Positions 25,267 to 39,900 of a stretch of DNA of 64,000 bases are shown piece by piece. A model generated the notes under the pieces. That model had not been told where the DNA came from. It worked only from the letters and a program-made list of their open reading frames with translations, and ran no database searches. The stretch's first letter is position 1. Each line of letters begins with the position of its first letter. The stretch covers positions 15,004,001-15,068,000 of the forward strand of contig OZ260664.1 in NCBI GenBank assembly GCA_965285935.1, read 5' to 3'. The translations under genes were made by a program, and so were the position numbers. Source of the stretch: Ophelia neglecta (taxonomy: Eukaryota).

Positions 25267-27105
25267 CTCGTAGTTATTTTGCTCAATGTTAGAATGCCAG
25301 GTTCAACTGAATATATTTAAGCACCTGCTCTCCTTGACAGTTGTTCAACCTCTACCCTTAGTGATGAGAAGCTGGTTTAACAATTAGGGGGGTGTGAAGG
25401 TGAAGGACATGTTATCAATGTAAATACATTGCAAGGGGATAATAGGCATATCATTCTCAGGTAGTGGCGCTTGAGGTAAAAGGTGTAGCCTCTAATACAT
25501 TTGTGTCAATAGAAACAGCGTACACTTGATAAATTAAGGAATCCGATTTATGATTTCATAAGACTCGGAAGAGTCAAAGTATGATCGATGGCTCTCCTTC
25601 AGGTTTCTATTGTGTAGGTTCTAGTTGCATTTGTTTTAAAAGCTACACGGTTAAAGACTACAAAGGCTTTTAGTGATGAATTTCGCTCATCCTAGGGCTA
25701 GGGGTCTTGTGCGTATGCTTCATACTGATATAACATCGTTTGTTGCAGATGTACTAATTTAGGCTCAATAAAAAGGTAAATGGTTCACTTTAAATATATT
25801 AAACCTGCCTGAGCTGTCGAGGAGATTAATATCTTTTTCCTCTTTAATGTGTAAAATAAATATTTACATCCATCTCTTGCTCTTGTCTTGTATTTATGGG
25901 AGTTCCTGTATCCGGGGATGCGCTGTCAGCGTTGTGGGAGATGAAATGAAAAGCCCTACACTGGCCCTGGTTTAAGTCGCATCCCGTGAACGGCAAAGCC
26001 ATACACAACAGTTGGGCGCAGGAACTCGTTTTTTGAGACAATATCATCATAGGCCCTCCAAGGGCATATATCTTCTAAGTACTGACTGTCCTATTTTATC
26101 ACTGTCTCACTTGTTTGCGTTCAGACCAGCGTTGCATACATCTCATTGCAAGATATATCAGTGGAATGGGTTCATTACCTTTTATTTGCATTTCAAGTTC
26201 GTTTACTTTCTTGGAGCTGGAGATTGTTATTTGATATATGTGTGGTTGTGGTTGCTGGTTCTTGATAATTTCAGACCGAATTAATAGGTATTCACGCCTA
26301 AAGATATATGCGGGTACCCACTTTAATTTTTTGTCGGTCAATTCCAGCTATGTCTTTAACTGCAGGAGATGACATTGATGGGTGGCTATATTCACATCAC
26401 CTAGACCATCCCTCATTATTTACAGAAAAGAGTGTCACAATTCTAATAGGGCAACATTGCCTCAAAATGCTTAAGCCTTTGGAGGTAAGGTCAGGCCAAA
26501 GGGACAACCATAACCAGTATGAAAAAGGCATTTGTCCCACAGGCATCTGCAAAATAAGTGAGGCCCATAACAACACTGATAAACCAATATACGCTGGCAG
26601 AGGCTGGAGTCAGATTTTCGATAATTAAAGGGCGAGAATCAATCAAGTCTGATTCTGCCTTCTGCCTCTTAAGGTCCTTCTTTTATGTTATTGATTTTGT
26701 TGCCCTTTAGTAAAGTAGAAAGAGGTAGAACCACTCGGAAACGACATGGCTGTCTGTTCACGTTCCTAAGGTGTACGGCTATCTACATCAGAGGGTAACC
26801 CACACAGGAGATAAAAACGCGATCCTATATTCTGTGCAAAGATTTATTTCTAGGCATGGTAGGCCCCTTGGGTTATGGTCGGATGTGGTCAAATCTGGTT
26901 TGGATGAACGGCAGCTTCGCGAAGACATTATGGAATAGAACAGAACTAAAATGGAACCACATTTTGAACAAAGGGAGATAATTAATTACCCCCCCCCCCC
27001 TTTTCAAAGACGTCAGATTAGAAAAGCCCTTGGTGCGGTAATTAAGGAGAAAACGTTGCACGACGAAGGCCTCACAACGCTAGATATGCGAGGTGAAGTC
27101 AATGT
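25267..27105 (+). mobile_element. Fragmented BEL/Pao LTR retrotransposon remnant (protease and integrase pieces)
   Basis: 25267-25526: aspartic protease ALLDSCSTSTLSDEKLV*QLG...VVALEVKGV. 26341-26500: W...VTILIGQHCLKMLKPLEVRSG (Pao post-protease motif). About 26905-27105: RQLREDIME*N...EQREI..PP / RQIRKALGAVIKEKTLHDEGLTTL (Pao integrase). Stops, deletions and an ~800-bp interruption are present. Confidence 0.8.
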
Positions 27106-27612
27106 GAGGTGCAAAATGGCAGGCCTTTTACTCGTGTAACAATTAATGAGTCATTGATGCATTATGGTATAAGGCTTTTATATGCATGCATAAATTTGAT
27201 ATTCATGTAACTTCTGCTTGTTCTGCAAAGTTACCTCTCCCCTGCTGAAGAGTTCTAAGCATGACTGTGGAATTATGATATGTTTGCATAATAAATTAGT
27301 CAGCGGTTTAATGTGTGTAAATGGTAATGTTCAGTCCTTTGGTCTATTTGGTCCTAGTTTGTTAAGGAAGTCCGATATGTTAGCCTTTAGGACATGCGGA
27401 CACTTGTGGTCTAGCACAAGCTTTATTGTTTTATTTATTTGTTTCGTGATGCAGTTGTCAGTTTAAGCTTTGTTATAGTAGTACTGGTTGGGAGGAAGTT
27501 GGAATCGTTTCTCAACAGGTAAGGTGCCTGTAATATCTTGTACAAAATTTGTGTACAGTTTATGTCGAGCATGAATATATATATATGATATATCAACCCT
27601 CATGACCTCTTA

Positions 27613-27900
27613 CATGACAGTAATGAATCTGATAACAGAGTGGCGAACCCTTTACTGTCATGGCTTCATTTTCCATTTACTTCTGCCAATTATATATACA
27701 CTCTCCATGCAGTAGCTTGAGACCACTTTCATCCATGAAACTAACTGAAATGACATAGTCGACATTCCAACTTGCCTTCGTTGAATAATACAGACACTGG
27801 AGAAGCTGATTAAATTTCCCAAGTGCAGGGCCCTTTGTGTCGCCTGTAAGCTAAAGGAGATTTATCAAAGGCTAATGACAGGTAGCTAGAGCAACAATGT
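27613..27900 (+). repeat. Direct repeat copy 2 (candidate degenerate 3' LTR)
   Basis: Homologous to 24242-24480 with an ~60-bp insertion. It lies downstream of the integrase fragment and of a purine tract (gggaggaag, ~27490). Confidence 0.7.
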
Positions 27901-30900
27901 ACAAATCGTGTTTGGGCGACTCCTCTACTTATTTTCCCGCGTCTTGTTTGATTCGAGATGCATGTACGTATATATTGCATAATTATCACGACCTTTCATA
28001 GGTTTGAGTATACGTTTATGAGTATGAGTACTGCACTTAAATACTTTCATATACTCTACTCTAAAACCCACAAGGAAAACATGCAGCGTTTGGGAAACAT
28101 GTTGTTTATCTGCAATGGAAAAGCAGAGTGTATACCTGACGGACAGCACAAATAAAATTCGTAAAAGGAAAATGTCTAAATAACAGTCTCGTTGAATTAG
28201 ACCGCTGTTGCATAAAAGGGGATGTTGCTATTGATATGGATGAACATTTTGCTCTCCATATAATCTAAATCACCTGGGTTACAACTGATGCAATATTTTA
28301 TTAATGTAATAACTGAATACTGAATCAGACTGAAGACAACTGACTGTTTTAATAATGAAATTGAATAGTAAAAATTGTTTAATTGACTTAAACCTTTGCA
28401 GCACGGAAGAAAGTGTCACGGAGACTTCTGAAAAATGACTTTAAGTGAGTTAGGCCCTTATTGCCCCCAGTCATCGACAAGGGGGTTGAATTGACCAACC
28501 GTTCGTCACCGCAAGGCCCCCTTCATCAGTATTGATCTAACTTGTGTCTGGATATTCATGATACTTTCCGATTCACCGCGTCAATAAATGGAAGAGATGA
28601 CAGAACCTCACTCCAACGAGCCAACACCTTGGCATCACTTTAATTGGATCCTAAACGTTGAAGGATCGCAATGCCCCATTAATTCAATGTGACTATTTCG
28701 GAAGCTAGAGACATAGTCTGGCTATAAAACCTAGGTTATCGGTGCACAAATACATTGCCCTGTGGCCTGCAGGGTGTAATTTAGCAATATTGCGAATTAT
28801 ACACCTGGAATAAAGGCTATCATTTGACTAGAAATTCATACACAAATTAAGCTGAATAAGCTGTGGTTAGAAAATATTTATATTATCATCAATCTCCTGC
28901 CCCCGTACAATAAGAAACCATGTTATGCAAAGGTTATTTATTAAACACGAAGGCTATGCGCAGGAAAAGTGCATGGGTCCTCTACTACTAAACAGGTCCA
29001 TGTGTTCTAAAAGCAATAACCATTTAGTACTGGCAGTTGAACAGACTGACTTGGGAATTATGCGAAATCAGATTCCAACTAACCCACAGCCATAATATGA
29101 CTCCGAATAGTAAAGGTTACTTCTTCCAGTCCGTATTAGTTATACATATTACCAGTAACATACTGGCCATTACTTTATTAATAGATACATCCAATACTAG
29201 TTCAGTACAAATAAAATAAGTTTCAACTGTAAACGTTATTCTTGTTGCATGTACCTATAGGACAATATTATGTTTGTTCCGCCTGCGATGTAATATTGCT
29301 CAGCGTGCTCTGAATCTAGTTCATAGATGTGAAATTAGGAATGCTTTCAAATGTGAGTCAATTTGAAAATATACAAATAAATGTCAACGCATTAAATGTG
29401 TTTATTTACAACAGAAGTTTTTAATGACTTCAATTAAATACCAATGTTGCCATTATGTAATTATATAGCTGCCATGATTATGTTTAAAATAATTGGGTGC
29501 CGACAGTCAAAATGGTAAAATGATAATTGATATAGGCAATAACCTTATGCACTTGAATTTTGAAACTGGATAATATAATAGGTTAATTGTCCCGTCAGTG
29601 GAAAGGTATTATATACTAGAAAGGGAATCGGTGATGCTTATGCTACGAACTGGCCTCAACGATGAAGTCTACATCATCAAGATACACTATATTTGATACA
29701 TGATAGGCACGTAAGTAATACTACCTTGTTAGGTGAAAAGATTACAGGTGGGAACTTATTTACAGTTGGAGATCATCCAGGCTCTTAGTTTGAACACAGG
29801 AGCAGAAACTTGAATCAACGACTCTGTGAAAACTCTATCCTACAGTACATAAGAGCATGACTGACCATTCCGCCCTGCCCCGTCAAAAGGCAGACTTTTG
29901 GACGTATCTTGACACTTACCTTCAATCCCGTAGGCAATATTATATAAAACTCTTATGGTGCATTCTGAAGTTACAGTGAATATTTTTACGATTTGTTGAA
30001 CACTCAATTGAGCGAATACAAATAACGCATCCTATAATGGTGTACCATTATAAATTATTCGATATGTAATAAATCGAAGTTTAAATCAGATTTGATATAA
30101 GCTACATGCAGTTTCCGGTTGAGAACGTTGCTTCTGGTTCCGGATGGTTTTGACGGATTTACTGGTTTGGAGATGGGAATTGTGGGCCTGTGCCTCATGA
30201 TTCCTAATGCTTTCTGGGGACTTCCTAATTGACTTTTCTCGATTAATGTTACTCTGTCTGTCGAGTATCTACTCCCGAATGAGAACAATGAGGATACATA
30301 TTAATGAATAACATTACGAATCATTTGTAAACAATGACATGAAGGGAATATATTGATATGACACCAGGGTTTGTAATATACCCAAGTTATTAACTGACGG
30401 TTGAGGCGGGCCATCAGTTCCGCAACCGGTAATGAATGTAACTGCTCTTATCTGCAATTAATATAAATTATTAATATAATTGTCAAGTATTGACCCATTT
30501 TTCTATAGAGCATTGGACTATGGAAACATAAATCAGTTATATATTGGCAGACGGGTATCATTACCAAGAACCCTCCTAGATTTGAAAGTAACGCTGATAG
30601 CCTCATCCCATTAATGATAATGATGAATCAATAACCATTGCTTGGAACACGGTAGTCGTTTATTGCTTATATTACTGCTGCACAACCTTGAGAGATATTT
30701 GCACTCCGTGAACATGATAAATATTACGGTATCCCGCATGCTTCTATATGTCGAATCGTACGATATAAATTCTCTAGCTACGCCATTAAGTATCTAACGG
30801 ATTGGAAAAACAAATGTAGGCCTCTATAAAATAAATCAATACCATTTCAGTAGGTTACGTGACTACCTTCTATCACTGAAGCATATCTTGCACCCCTACC

Positions 30901-33900
30901 GTCCCCTATGGGTGAGTGGTTATGACGCCGGATGGGCAAATGATTGCGCAGTTTTTTTGCAGGAGAAATATGTCAAATTCGCCTTCCATCGCATGTTATT
31001 TCTTTTTCTCTTCCTTTTTGCTCTTTGTAGCGACCTGTTGAGACTCAAAATAAACTTGCACAAGTATAAGATGTTAGCTATCACACATGAAAATTGCAGG
31101 CCATAACACGACAATTCTGATTTTTCCATACAATAACAGAGGTTTAAGACTCGTTATTTTATTATTGTAGTTATATATTTTATGTTATGAAAGTTCAACA
31201 CAACTAAGGACGACAAGTTCTATACTTTCCTCTAAACATGTTTCTCGGCTCCTTTGCCAATGTTCTCGACTTTATTACATTTAATTATTGATACAGTATA
31301 GTATATGCGTATTAGCGCATTAGTGGTTGATGGCCGCCGGCCGGTGTAATAACAGTCTTAATTGGCCCAATCGTTTGCAATTTACTGAGATAGTGCCGGT
31401 CTATCCCGGGGGACAGTAGGCACAGATAGCCAATTTAAATAATTGGGCGCTACGATAAAACAGTCAACACCGAGCACAATGAAGATCAGTTCGGCATAAT
31501 CAAAGATCGTTCAGATATCAATGGCATATAACACAAACCACGGTACCTGCTACAAAACTAGCCATGGGTGGTAATATCAAGAAGTAAATGGTAAATTGGA
31601 TACAATAAACCATTTTATCAAGTGAACATGTCTATGGTCAAAAATTATATCGCTGTCATATAGTCATCGCATAGAATTTTAACTCCGTTAGGGAATAATT
31701 AATGAAATAGCTTTCCTTAGTGAACAATCCATTGTCAGGACATAACCCTAAGAAGCGAGACACCTTTCATGACATGCTGACAGGGCTAGAAACTCTAAAG
31801 GCCGATAGTAGGTGTAATTGATATGCCAAAAAATACATTCATAAATAGTGAACGCCAGGGTACTAGCCTTAAACGAGTTTATACTTAGACTTAGTACATA
31901 TTTTATTTTGAATACAGCCGTATGATTTGTATTAAATATAGTGAGCTCCGACAAATATAAGTTCCGGCAATTAACAGCCATTTCCGATTTCCGAATCATT
32001 AAAAACCCCTTTGATATACATCTCTCGGAGTGATTATCGTACAGGAGCTGGGAGTGTTATCAATACTTTAATCTATAAGCGTTCCTTTGAAATGCATCTC
32101 CCAATCCATAAATGTAGACTGGCACTAATTTGCAGATAGAACCGCTAAAGGACGAAGCAATTGAAGTTTTTATTAATGATGGTACATTTCTGCCTAGTCT
32201 CCTCTCTCTTTTAGGCATTGATTTTTTACCCAATACTATTTGTGAATGGAATTAAATTATTACTCTTGATTAATTAATCAATTAAATCATTTCAAGATTA
32301 GTCATTTAAAGCGGTCGGATATGTGCAGGAATCATCAGTTGCATGCCCAGAAACACCAATCACCACCTCGCCGACAGTAAATAATGAAATTAAAATATTA
32401 CCAGCTCCGAAATATTGTAACCAGGAGTGATTATAGTGTAAAAGCGGATGACCATAATGAGACTTGCCTGTCAGTTTAGTTAACTCGACACGTTTTACAT
32501 TACAAAAATGCCTATTTGTATATATTTATTTAGTTGTGTTGGCTTTTCGCGTGTTTTTGATGTTAATTGGTGTGCCACGGTTTCATATTCTATCCAACCT
32601 GGATACTGCTTTTTTTGCAAGGAAACACCAGTGGTTCGTCGTAGTCATTTCTATGCACTACTAGGCTCTCCTCAGCATAGAGCATATATGACCACCACAT
32701 GACATTTAGTTAAAGTTAGGATCTATCTCGAAATTAAATACGTACAAACACTGACTGCAAACACGCGCATAACCCACAGCCGAAAAAACTACTTCGAAAT
32801 TATGTGATTAGTCAGATTGTTACAGTTGTACTTAAGACAGTTGTTTGGCCATAAAATTTCTATTCGGATGAAAACTTTTAAGCACAACCGTCTGCATGAA
32901 ACTGACTTGGGCGAATATAAAAATTGTTATTCGAGTTAAGCGGCAGTTAAGCATATTGGTTTAGATACTGACCGTTTGGTAAAGATCAGAGGATACCGGC
33001 CAATATAAATATGACAGTTAAAAATGCACGCTCTAATGTTTTCTCAATATTTCGGCAAACACAAAACATTCCGTATAGATATTCGAACATCCATGTGTCT
33101 ATACAATAAATGGTGGACACATACATTCATCAATTACATGGTCCTTTTGAAAACATACGCAAACGTATTATTACAATGAACATAATTGCTTGTAATTTCT
33201 TCAGGTTGTCCGAGCGAACAGTCAACAACTTTCAATATATACATTGAAGTGGCGTTCATCAGGACATTGTGATGAATTGAAATGATGAATCAAGGAAAGC
33301 ATAGTGCGTCCCCCATATTTATCAGGCGTCAGTGCTACCTTGCAAACAATAGATAGAAGGTAAGGTGTTTTAAGGAATGAATTACGCAAAAGGACAAACA
33401 CATTAGTTGGACAAGAAAAATCTAAAGATGCATAAGATTGACGCAATAACAAAAAAAAATTCAGATTAATGCAATTTCTCAAAGCATTTTTCTCCCCGAA
33501 TTCTCTGTTAAGACGAATAATCCACTATGTTTAAGCACGTTCACCAATAGAGTGATTGATTCTGTTAATATAATAAAAAAGCGAAAAGTGCTTTTGCTGT
33601 TGTCGAAGGAATTTCTCTTTGAAGCCACGACTATCCAATTAATTACATATTTAATGGCAGGTGTACTTAAAGTCTTTAATGGCCCTAAACGTTCTTTCCT
33701 TTGAGGAAATACACGTATACCATAAAACATAAAAGGGGCCGATCATGCGTTGTGGGGATGAAAACTGTTATATAACACATGGGGAGCAAGGGATCTGATG
33801 TATTTTTTTTTCTTTTTTTCTCTGCAAGTACTAAACCTTCAATCTGCTTCATAATTTAAAAAATTGGGAGAGCCGGAAATATTGCATACTGCTAACCAAC

Positions 33901-36900
33901 AGCCACATTTCTCATCTTAAAGCCAGGTTGCAATTGAAGCAGCAGTGGTCAACAAGCGATTAGTAGGGGTTATATTAGCGGTGATTAGGGATTTCACACG
34001 GAGAATGTATTTAACCGGCATTTCTTAGATACCCGTAGATGTGCTGTGAAAAAAAATCACGGATGGCTACTGTATAATACAGCATCCCCAATATGTAATT
34101 TTTCTTTGGTCAGATGACGGATTTTAATGAGCACACTAGCGTTGAAAAACCACAAATTTAGCCCCACTAAGGCTGAGGACAAGTCAAATGCAGTGATTGC
34201 CTGTGCTTAATTAATAGCTGATCTAGGTTTATTGATGTCATCTCCAACTGATTTTGATAAGAAGAAGCCTTTTATGGAGCCTCACACATCTATGATCCTA
34301 TGATCCAAAATACAAGTCTTATTAGGAAATGTATGATTTCTGTAAGTATCCGCCGCCCCTCCCCCCCGCCCCCACAATGCTGAAGGTGTCATATGAACAT
34401 TTTACCTTAGGTCCTTTGTATGATGAAAACATTTATGTATAAGTGAACAATTCTAGGAAATGTTTACTTTTAATTGGGCTATGAATGTCCACTTCATCCC
34501 CATTGATGGGATGAGATTCTTTAAAGGAGAAAAACAGTGCATGTTTACGATTCTCAAATTGCTTCGTTTCCCTGTCTTTTGATATCTATTACTTCAAGAA
34601 TGAATACCTTAAAAAAAAACCTCAGGCGTTTTTCTCAAAGTGCAATTATTTCTCTTTTTTATAAAAAAAATAATCCAATTAAAGTAAACGGCAAGATTTG
34701 AGACGAATAAAAAATGTTTTGCAGAAATCGTCCTATCGAGTGAAGATAATTCTTTAGAATATAGCATTAATATGGATTAAAATAAAAGGAACAACATAGA
34801 AAATTTTATTCCACCTGCACCTATGTATCATGGTCGAACTAAGTATACTCCTTTTTTGGAATGCTGCATTGTGTCCTAAAGGTCATGTAGACCTTTATTC
34901 GGAAAACATACTCAATGAATCCAATGGAGAACTTCGTTTTTACCTTAGCTCATTTAACATCATAATGGGAATTTTTTTTTTAGATAAAAGTGCTGATCTA
35001 ACATGTTCCCCCGATCTTGTTTTACTGTAATTGTGGTCCACAAAGTACGGAAGCCGTAGAGAGTCACAGGGAAGAAAACACGAGATTACGATGTTTACCT
35101 AAACACGAAAATACGTCCTTATAACTCCGTGTATGAAACACAAATTCGTGAATTTCTAAAGCTCGAAAGATAATAGAAAAAAGTATGAGTAGAAAATCGG
35201 AATTGTGGGTTAAAGGGTAGAATGTCGGTTTTATCCAATTCGCGATTACTTAAAAAATCAAATGTATGTTTCTCTGATAGTTTTTTTTATTATTAAAACG
35301 AACTGGAAACCGCGAACGATAACTCAAAATGTCTTGATTTTTCTTATATTATAAGACTTTTATATCCCTTACGTAATTTCTCGTTTCTTTCTCCTAATTT
35401 CCCGTTGGCACCCATGCCTCGTTTTCGAAAATTCATCTCCTATGAAAAATTTTGAATTGCTGGTATACTCATTTATCCATGTAGATGGGCAGTTAGACAG
35501 ACACAAACATTTTAAAATTTGATAACTTATGATTCAGTATCCAGTATGACAGGTGTTTGACGGCTGGGATCGAATTGCAGCGACTCCCCCCCCCCCCCCC
35601 CCCCCCGCTTGAACGTGCATATACTGAGCATACCATCACCGTAAAATAGCGAGGAAGATAACCATAATTCCTGTTGTACCGCAAAGGACTCTGATTAGCT
35701 TGGAACTCCACATAAAAAGGTGTGTAACCTGGCATTTTATCAACCACACATCGAGAAAATTGCGTCTTACTGGGTAGGAGTAATTGGCAACCTAAGGAGA
35801 ATGCCTGACGGTGAGATTTTTCTTGGCCAAATGCAGGGGATGTTATCGTGCTAAAGAGCTACATGGACCAAATCACGAGAGTCAGATCACGAACTGTATC
35901 ACCCAGTACTGGGATTCAGTCCTGATAATATTCCATAATATATTTGCGGCCGTCGCCGGCCATATTGTTTTTATTTGCTGATCAAATACATAGGACATAC
36001 ACATAGGCGCAATTTACAGATGCATTTTTCCCTAATTACATGCATTTATTCACTACAGGGATGCGTGTTGCTAAAGGTATACGTGAAAGGGTAAGAGCAC
36101 CATCTTCCTATCAACGTGATCGGTAATATTCCATATACCGAACCATGCCTAACAACGAGTTACCGACTCCCGTTTTACCCCTCGCCACCTGCGGGATGGC
36201 CGGGTAATCCTTCCCAGAATAGTAGGCCATAGCCCGAGTCACCCTCCTTCGACGCAGCCTTTAATTTAACAATGTTCGTTTACCTGGCCTTCAATCTTCC
36301 CATGAGGTCTGTAGCACGCGTACTCTCGGTTGAGGCCGAAAAAAGTCGAAATATCTCCCGCTTCTGTTGGGCTTTGCCCGGTCACGAATCAGTCGCTATA
36401 TCTCTGAACACAGTAGCCAGCTGTGCCACAGATAACTGGCCTTGAGGAATTAAGCTAAATGCTACATTATTTCCATTTCAACCCAAACGTTTGTTTAGAG
36501 TTAATGATAGTCAAGGAAGAAACGCCTTTGCCTTTGTTGCACAGTTAGCCCTGAGATGAGTGGTCAAATTCTGATGAAAATTCCAGAAAATACAGAATGT
36601 ATGCAAACATAGCACCAATGTTAGTTGGAATAGTAATGAAATGTAATTTATAATGAAATATATTTTATTTTGCGGGGAAAGAAATTGGCAGTTTCCAACT
36701 TAAAAAGTCCTAATAGGATAGTAAAGAAAATTTATAATTTACTTTGGAACGGTGGGCAGAATCATCCCTTCATTTGGAATCCATGGTTTTCTTTTTTTCC
36801 ATCACTTTCCGATACTTCCCGGTGTGCCCAAATAATTATTGGGTCACTTTGCACTTTAAATGGGGACTTTAGATGCCGGTGTTATCGCTCATATTTATGG

Positions 36901-39900
36901 AGTCATACGTATTAACTGTGAAACCACTGACTCGCCTTACTTAAATTAGTCAATAGAAAAGGTGCTGGTAAAGTAGGTGAACGAAAGCAGTATTAAGTTA
37001 ATTCTTACCATAGGAGTTAAAACAAGGAATAAACTAATGAAATGTTAAGGATGAACAATAATAATGAATGCAGAAAAAAACAAATGAATATTAATCTATT
37101 TGGCCGAGCCATTGACAATTTATGATAAATGAATAATAAAAAATAAAATAAAAAAATGAATAGAATAATGGAACGTTTCAATCGTGTTAATAATAATAAG
37201 AATTGTAGCCAACGTTCGATGTTTTGTTGGTTTGTGGAATTTGAACAAACTGTATGGTGAATTCTTGGAAACTGATTAAATGTTTAATACATTAACGCAG
37301 GTGGAAGCATTTCGAGGAGATGCTTTTTAGATCTCACTCTGAAGAAAGGAGTTTAAATGTCAAGGATCGGGCTACTTTAAAAATTCTTAATGTAGATACG
37401 AACAAAACAACATTGGTAGAGGACATGTTTAATGCCAAAAGCAAAGGTGAACATGTACATACATGATGACGCTGCTAGAAGAAACATTAGCATTGGATAG
37501 TCAGTGTTGCCGCTCAGTTGTCGTCTTGCATCATCTACTAATGTGGTGACAGGGGAGAACTTAGGGAACGTGAATGTCACTTCGGGGAAACAGGTGGTTA
37601 CTCCTAGGCGGAAAGTGAAGTCCTCTTTGCATTGCTACAAGAGAGTGTTTGCGATTCGGTGTAGTTTAGTATTCGTCGTATATGGGCGTAAAGACATATC
37701 ATTAATGCAGTGTATGAGCGTAATGAATACCATTGTTGTTAGAATGGTGTAACCAGCATGTTCTAAATACGCGTATGCACGATTGATATTCATAACATTA
37801 GCACAAAACTGAAAACAGTGCCATTAGAATTGAAGGAGAAAGCGGATTACAGAATTTGTTTAGGGCTATCGAAGCTTGTGAATAACAGGATAATTTTATT
37901 CGATCTAGAATTTTGGTATTTAACTCTTAGTGATTAGCCATGAACACAGTGCAGAAAATACTGATGACAAAAAAGTATCAGCCTCCTACCCAGAGGACAC
38001 ACAATATATCCGGTCGTCCAGGGCACGTAGATGTGAAGTTAGATGATAAGTGGTGGATAAGAGCCACGGCAAGGGAGACTGATACAACCGACGAGCGAGG
38101 GAGAAGACAACCAGGTGGGATTTAAAAAAATATCACTAGATATGGTATTAAAAGGGCATATTATACTTTTTCGCGACCATTAATTTATTTCGCGGTTTAT
38201 TAGATTCAGGGCTCTTTCGCTTTCAGACATTTTCGTTCTGAGTGAAGATAGAAGGTGCTCCAGTAGGCAATTGTGTCAGGGAAACTTTCCCGATGCAATT
38301 TTCCTAGGTTTTGTCTGAATGTGCAAAAAAACGTTCCAGTGAAGAAAACTATCTGCTGAACTGCAACCATGGCTATCGTCTCTGCGGTGTTATCTTTCAT
38401 CATTTATCATTCAGGCTAGGAATGCTTTGTTACAAGGGCATGTGTAAAGCTTTAATGCTGACGACCAAGCAAATTGCTGTATTGCACCACTTTTATGTAA
38501 ATAGGATAAATTAATATATACATATTAGGAGCCACGATCCATGATTTGTCAAATCCTACTAACCCGACACACAGTGCCAATTGTCCCTACTGGCTGTTAT
38601 TAACCGGCGTATGATGCTGTTGTGTAACTCTTAATAAATCCCCTGTCTGCCTTAAACCATGGCAATGACCAAACAGGTTGAAACCTACGGAGTACGTCAT
38701 GTATGGGACAGAAATTGAAATAAATGGGGGAGTGGTCAGCATATCAACACTTTACGAAATAAATAGTATTGGTTTTACAAAAGAATTGAGCTGGATTCGG
38801 GGTGAAGGGTCAGAAGCTATTTATGTGTGTTCCTAGTACAACAAGCAGATCCGTGTAATAACCGAAGATTCCGTGTGTAGAACATTGTTTGGAATGTACA
38901 TTTATATGTCTGAAGTTTGATGATTGTAATTGTCACCAAACGTGTATAGATGGTATATAACAAATAGTGCAACCCAGATATGCCCGGAACCATGGTTGTG
39001 TTCTAAACAGCAACCCCTAGAGTAAAAGTACTCGGGCATATAACCCGGGGGTTTCTAGTGTTCCATGGTTCTCTCAATAGCCGCTTACTTTATTAAAGGT
39101 ACCATATGAACGCTCGCATTTTACCATGATGGCACATTAAGATATCATGCTCTCTGCATGCACATGCACGAGACTGGAAAATGAACCTTGGATTTTTATT
39201 GCGAATTAATTTGATGCATAATTGAAATTTCATAATGTTTATATCATACAACTGAACCTTGAAAAAGAAATCGCGATAATATATAATGTAACTTTTTTTC
39301 GGTAACAAATTAGCAGTTTATTAATCACTGTTTTTTTTACAAAGATTGCCAAATAGCTTTTGTATGGGTTTGCCATGAATATATACATCATTCAAGAGTC
39401 TGAATATTAAGAATACACCTAATCGATTCTTCGCCCTACACATATGTTACACGAATAGCCAAACGAAATACCAACAAATGTTTTGCATGGAACATGAATG
39501 GCAAGTTTAGCACATGAATGGAAGATATAAGAAATCTGCTAGTTTTCAATATGAAGCTAAGAATCCGACCAATTATACAGCTGATGCCGTGTTTTCAACG
39601 AAAAACGCAGGTTAAAATTCAGTAATGCAGAGATAACCTATACAAAAGTCAGACAGAATAAGCCGCTGACGTCCGTGCGATATAAGTTACGAAATTTTTG
39701 TTTTTCAAGGCTTGATTTGAGTGTTAACATGCTATTTTTAGAACGAGGAGGCTGGTTTTGCAGATACCGAATATGCTCAGCACTAATTCCATGGGTTTGA
39801 GTATATCCCGTATTGAGGACTGCCGAAGTACATTTTGATCACACCATTACCAACCACGCATATGTATATACATATACACCAAATGGCATTTTGATAACAC

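Noticed and set aside
36140-36200. Minus-strand GKTGVGNSLLG resembling an AIG1/GIMAP P-loop
   Set aside because: The Walker A motif is incomplete, there is no preceding hydrophobic strand, and no later GTPase motifs follow.
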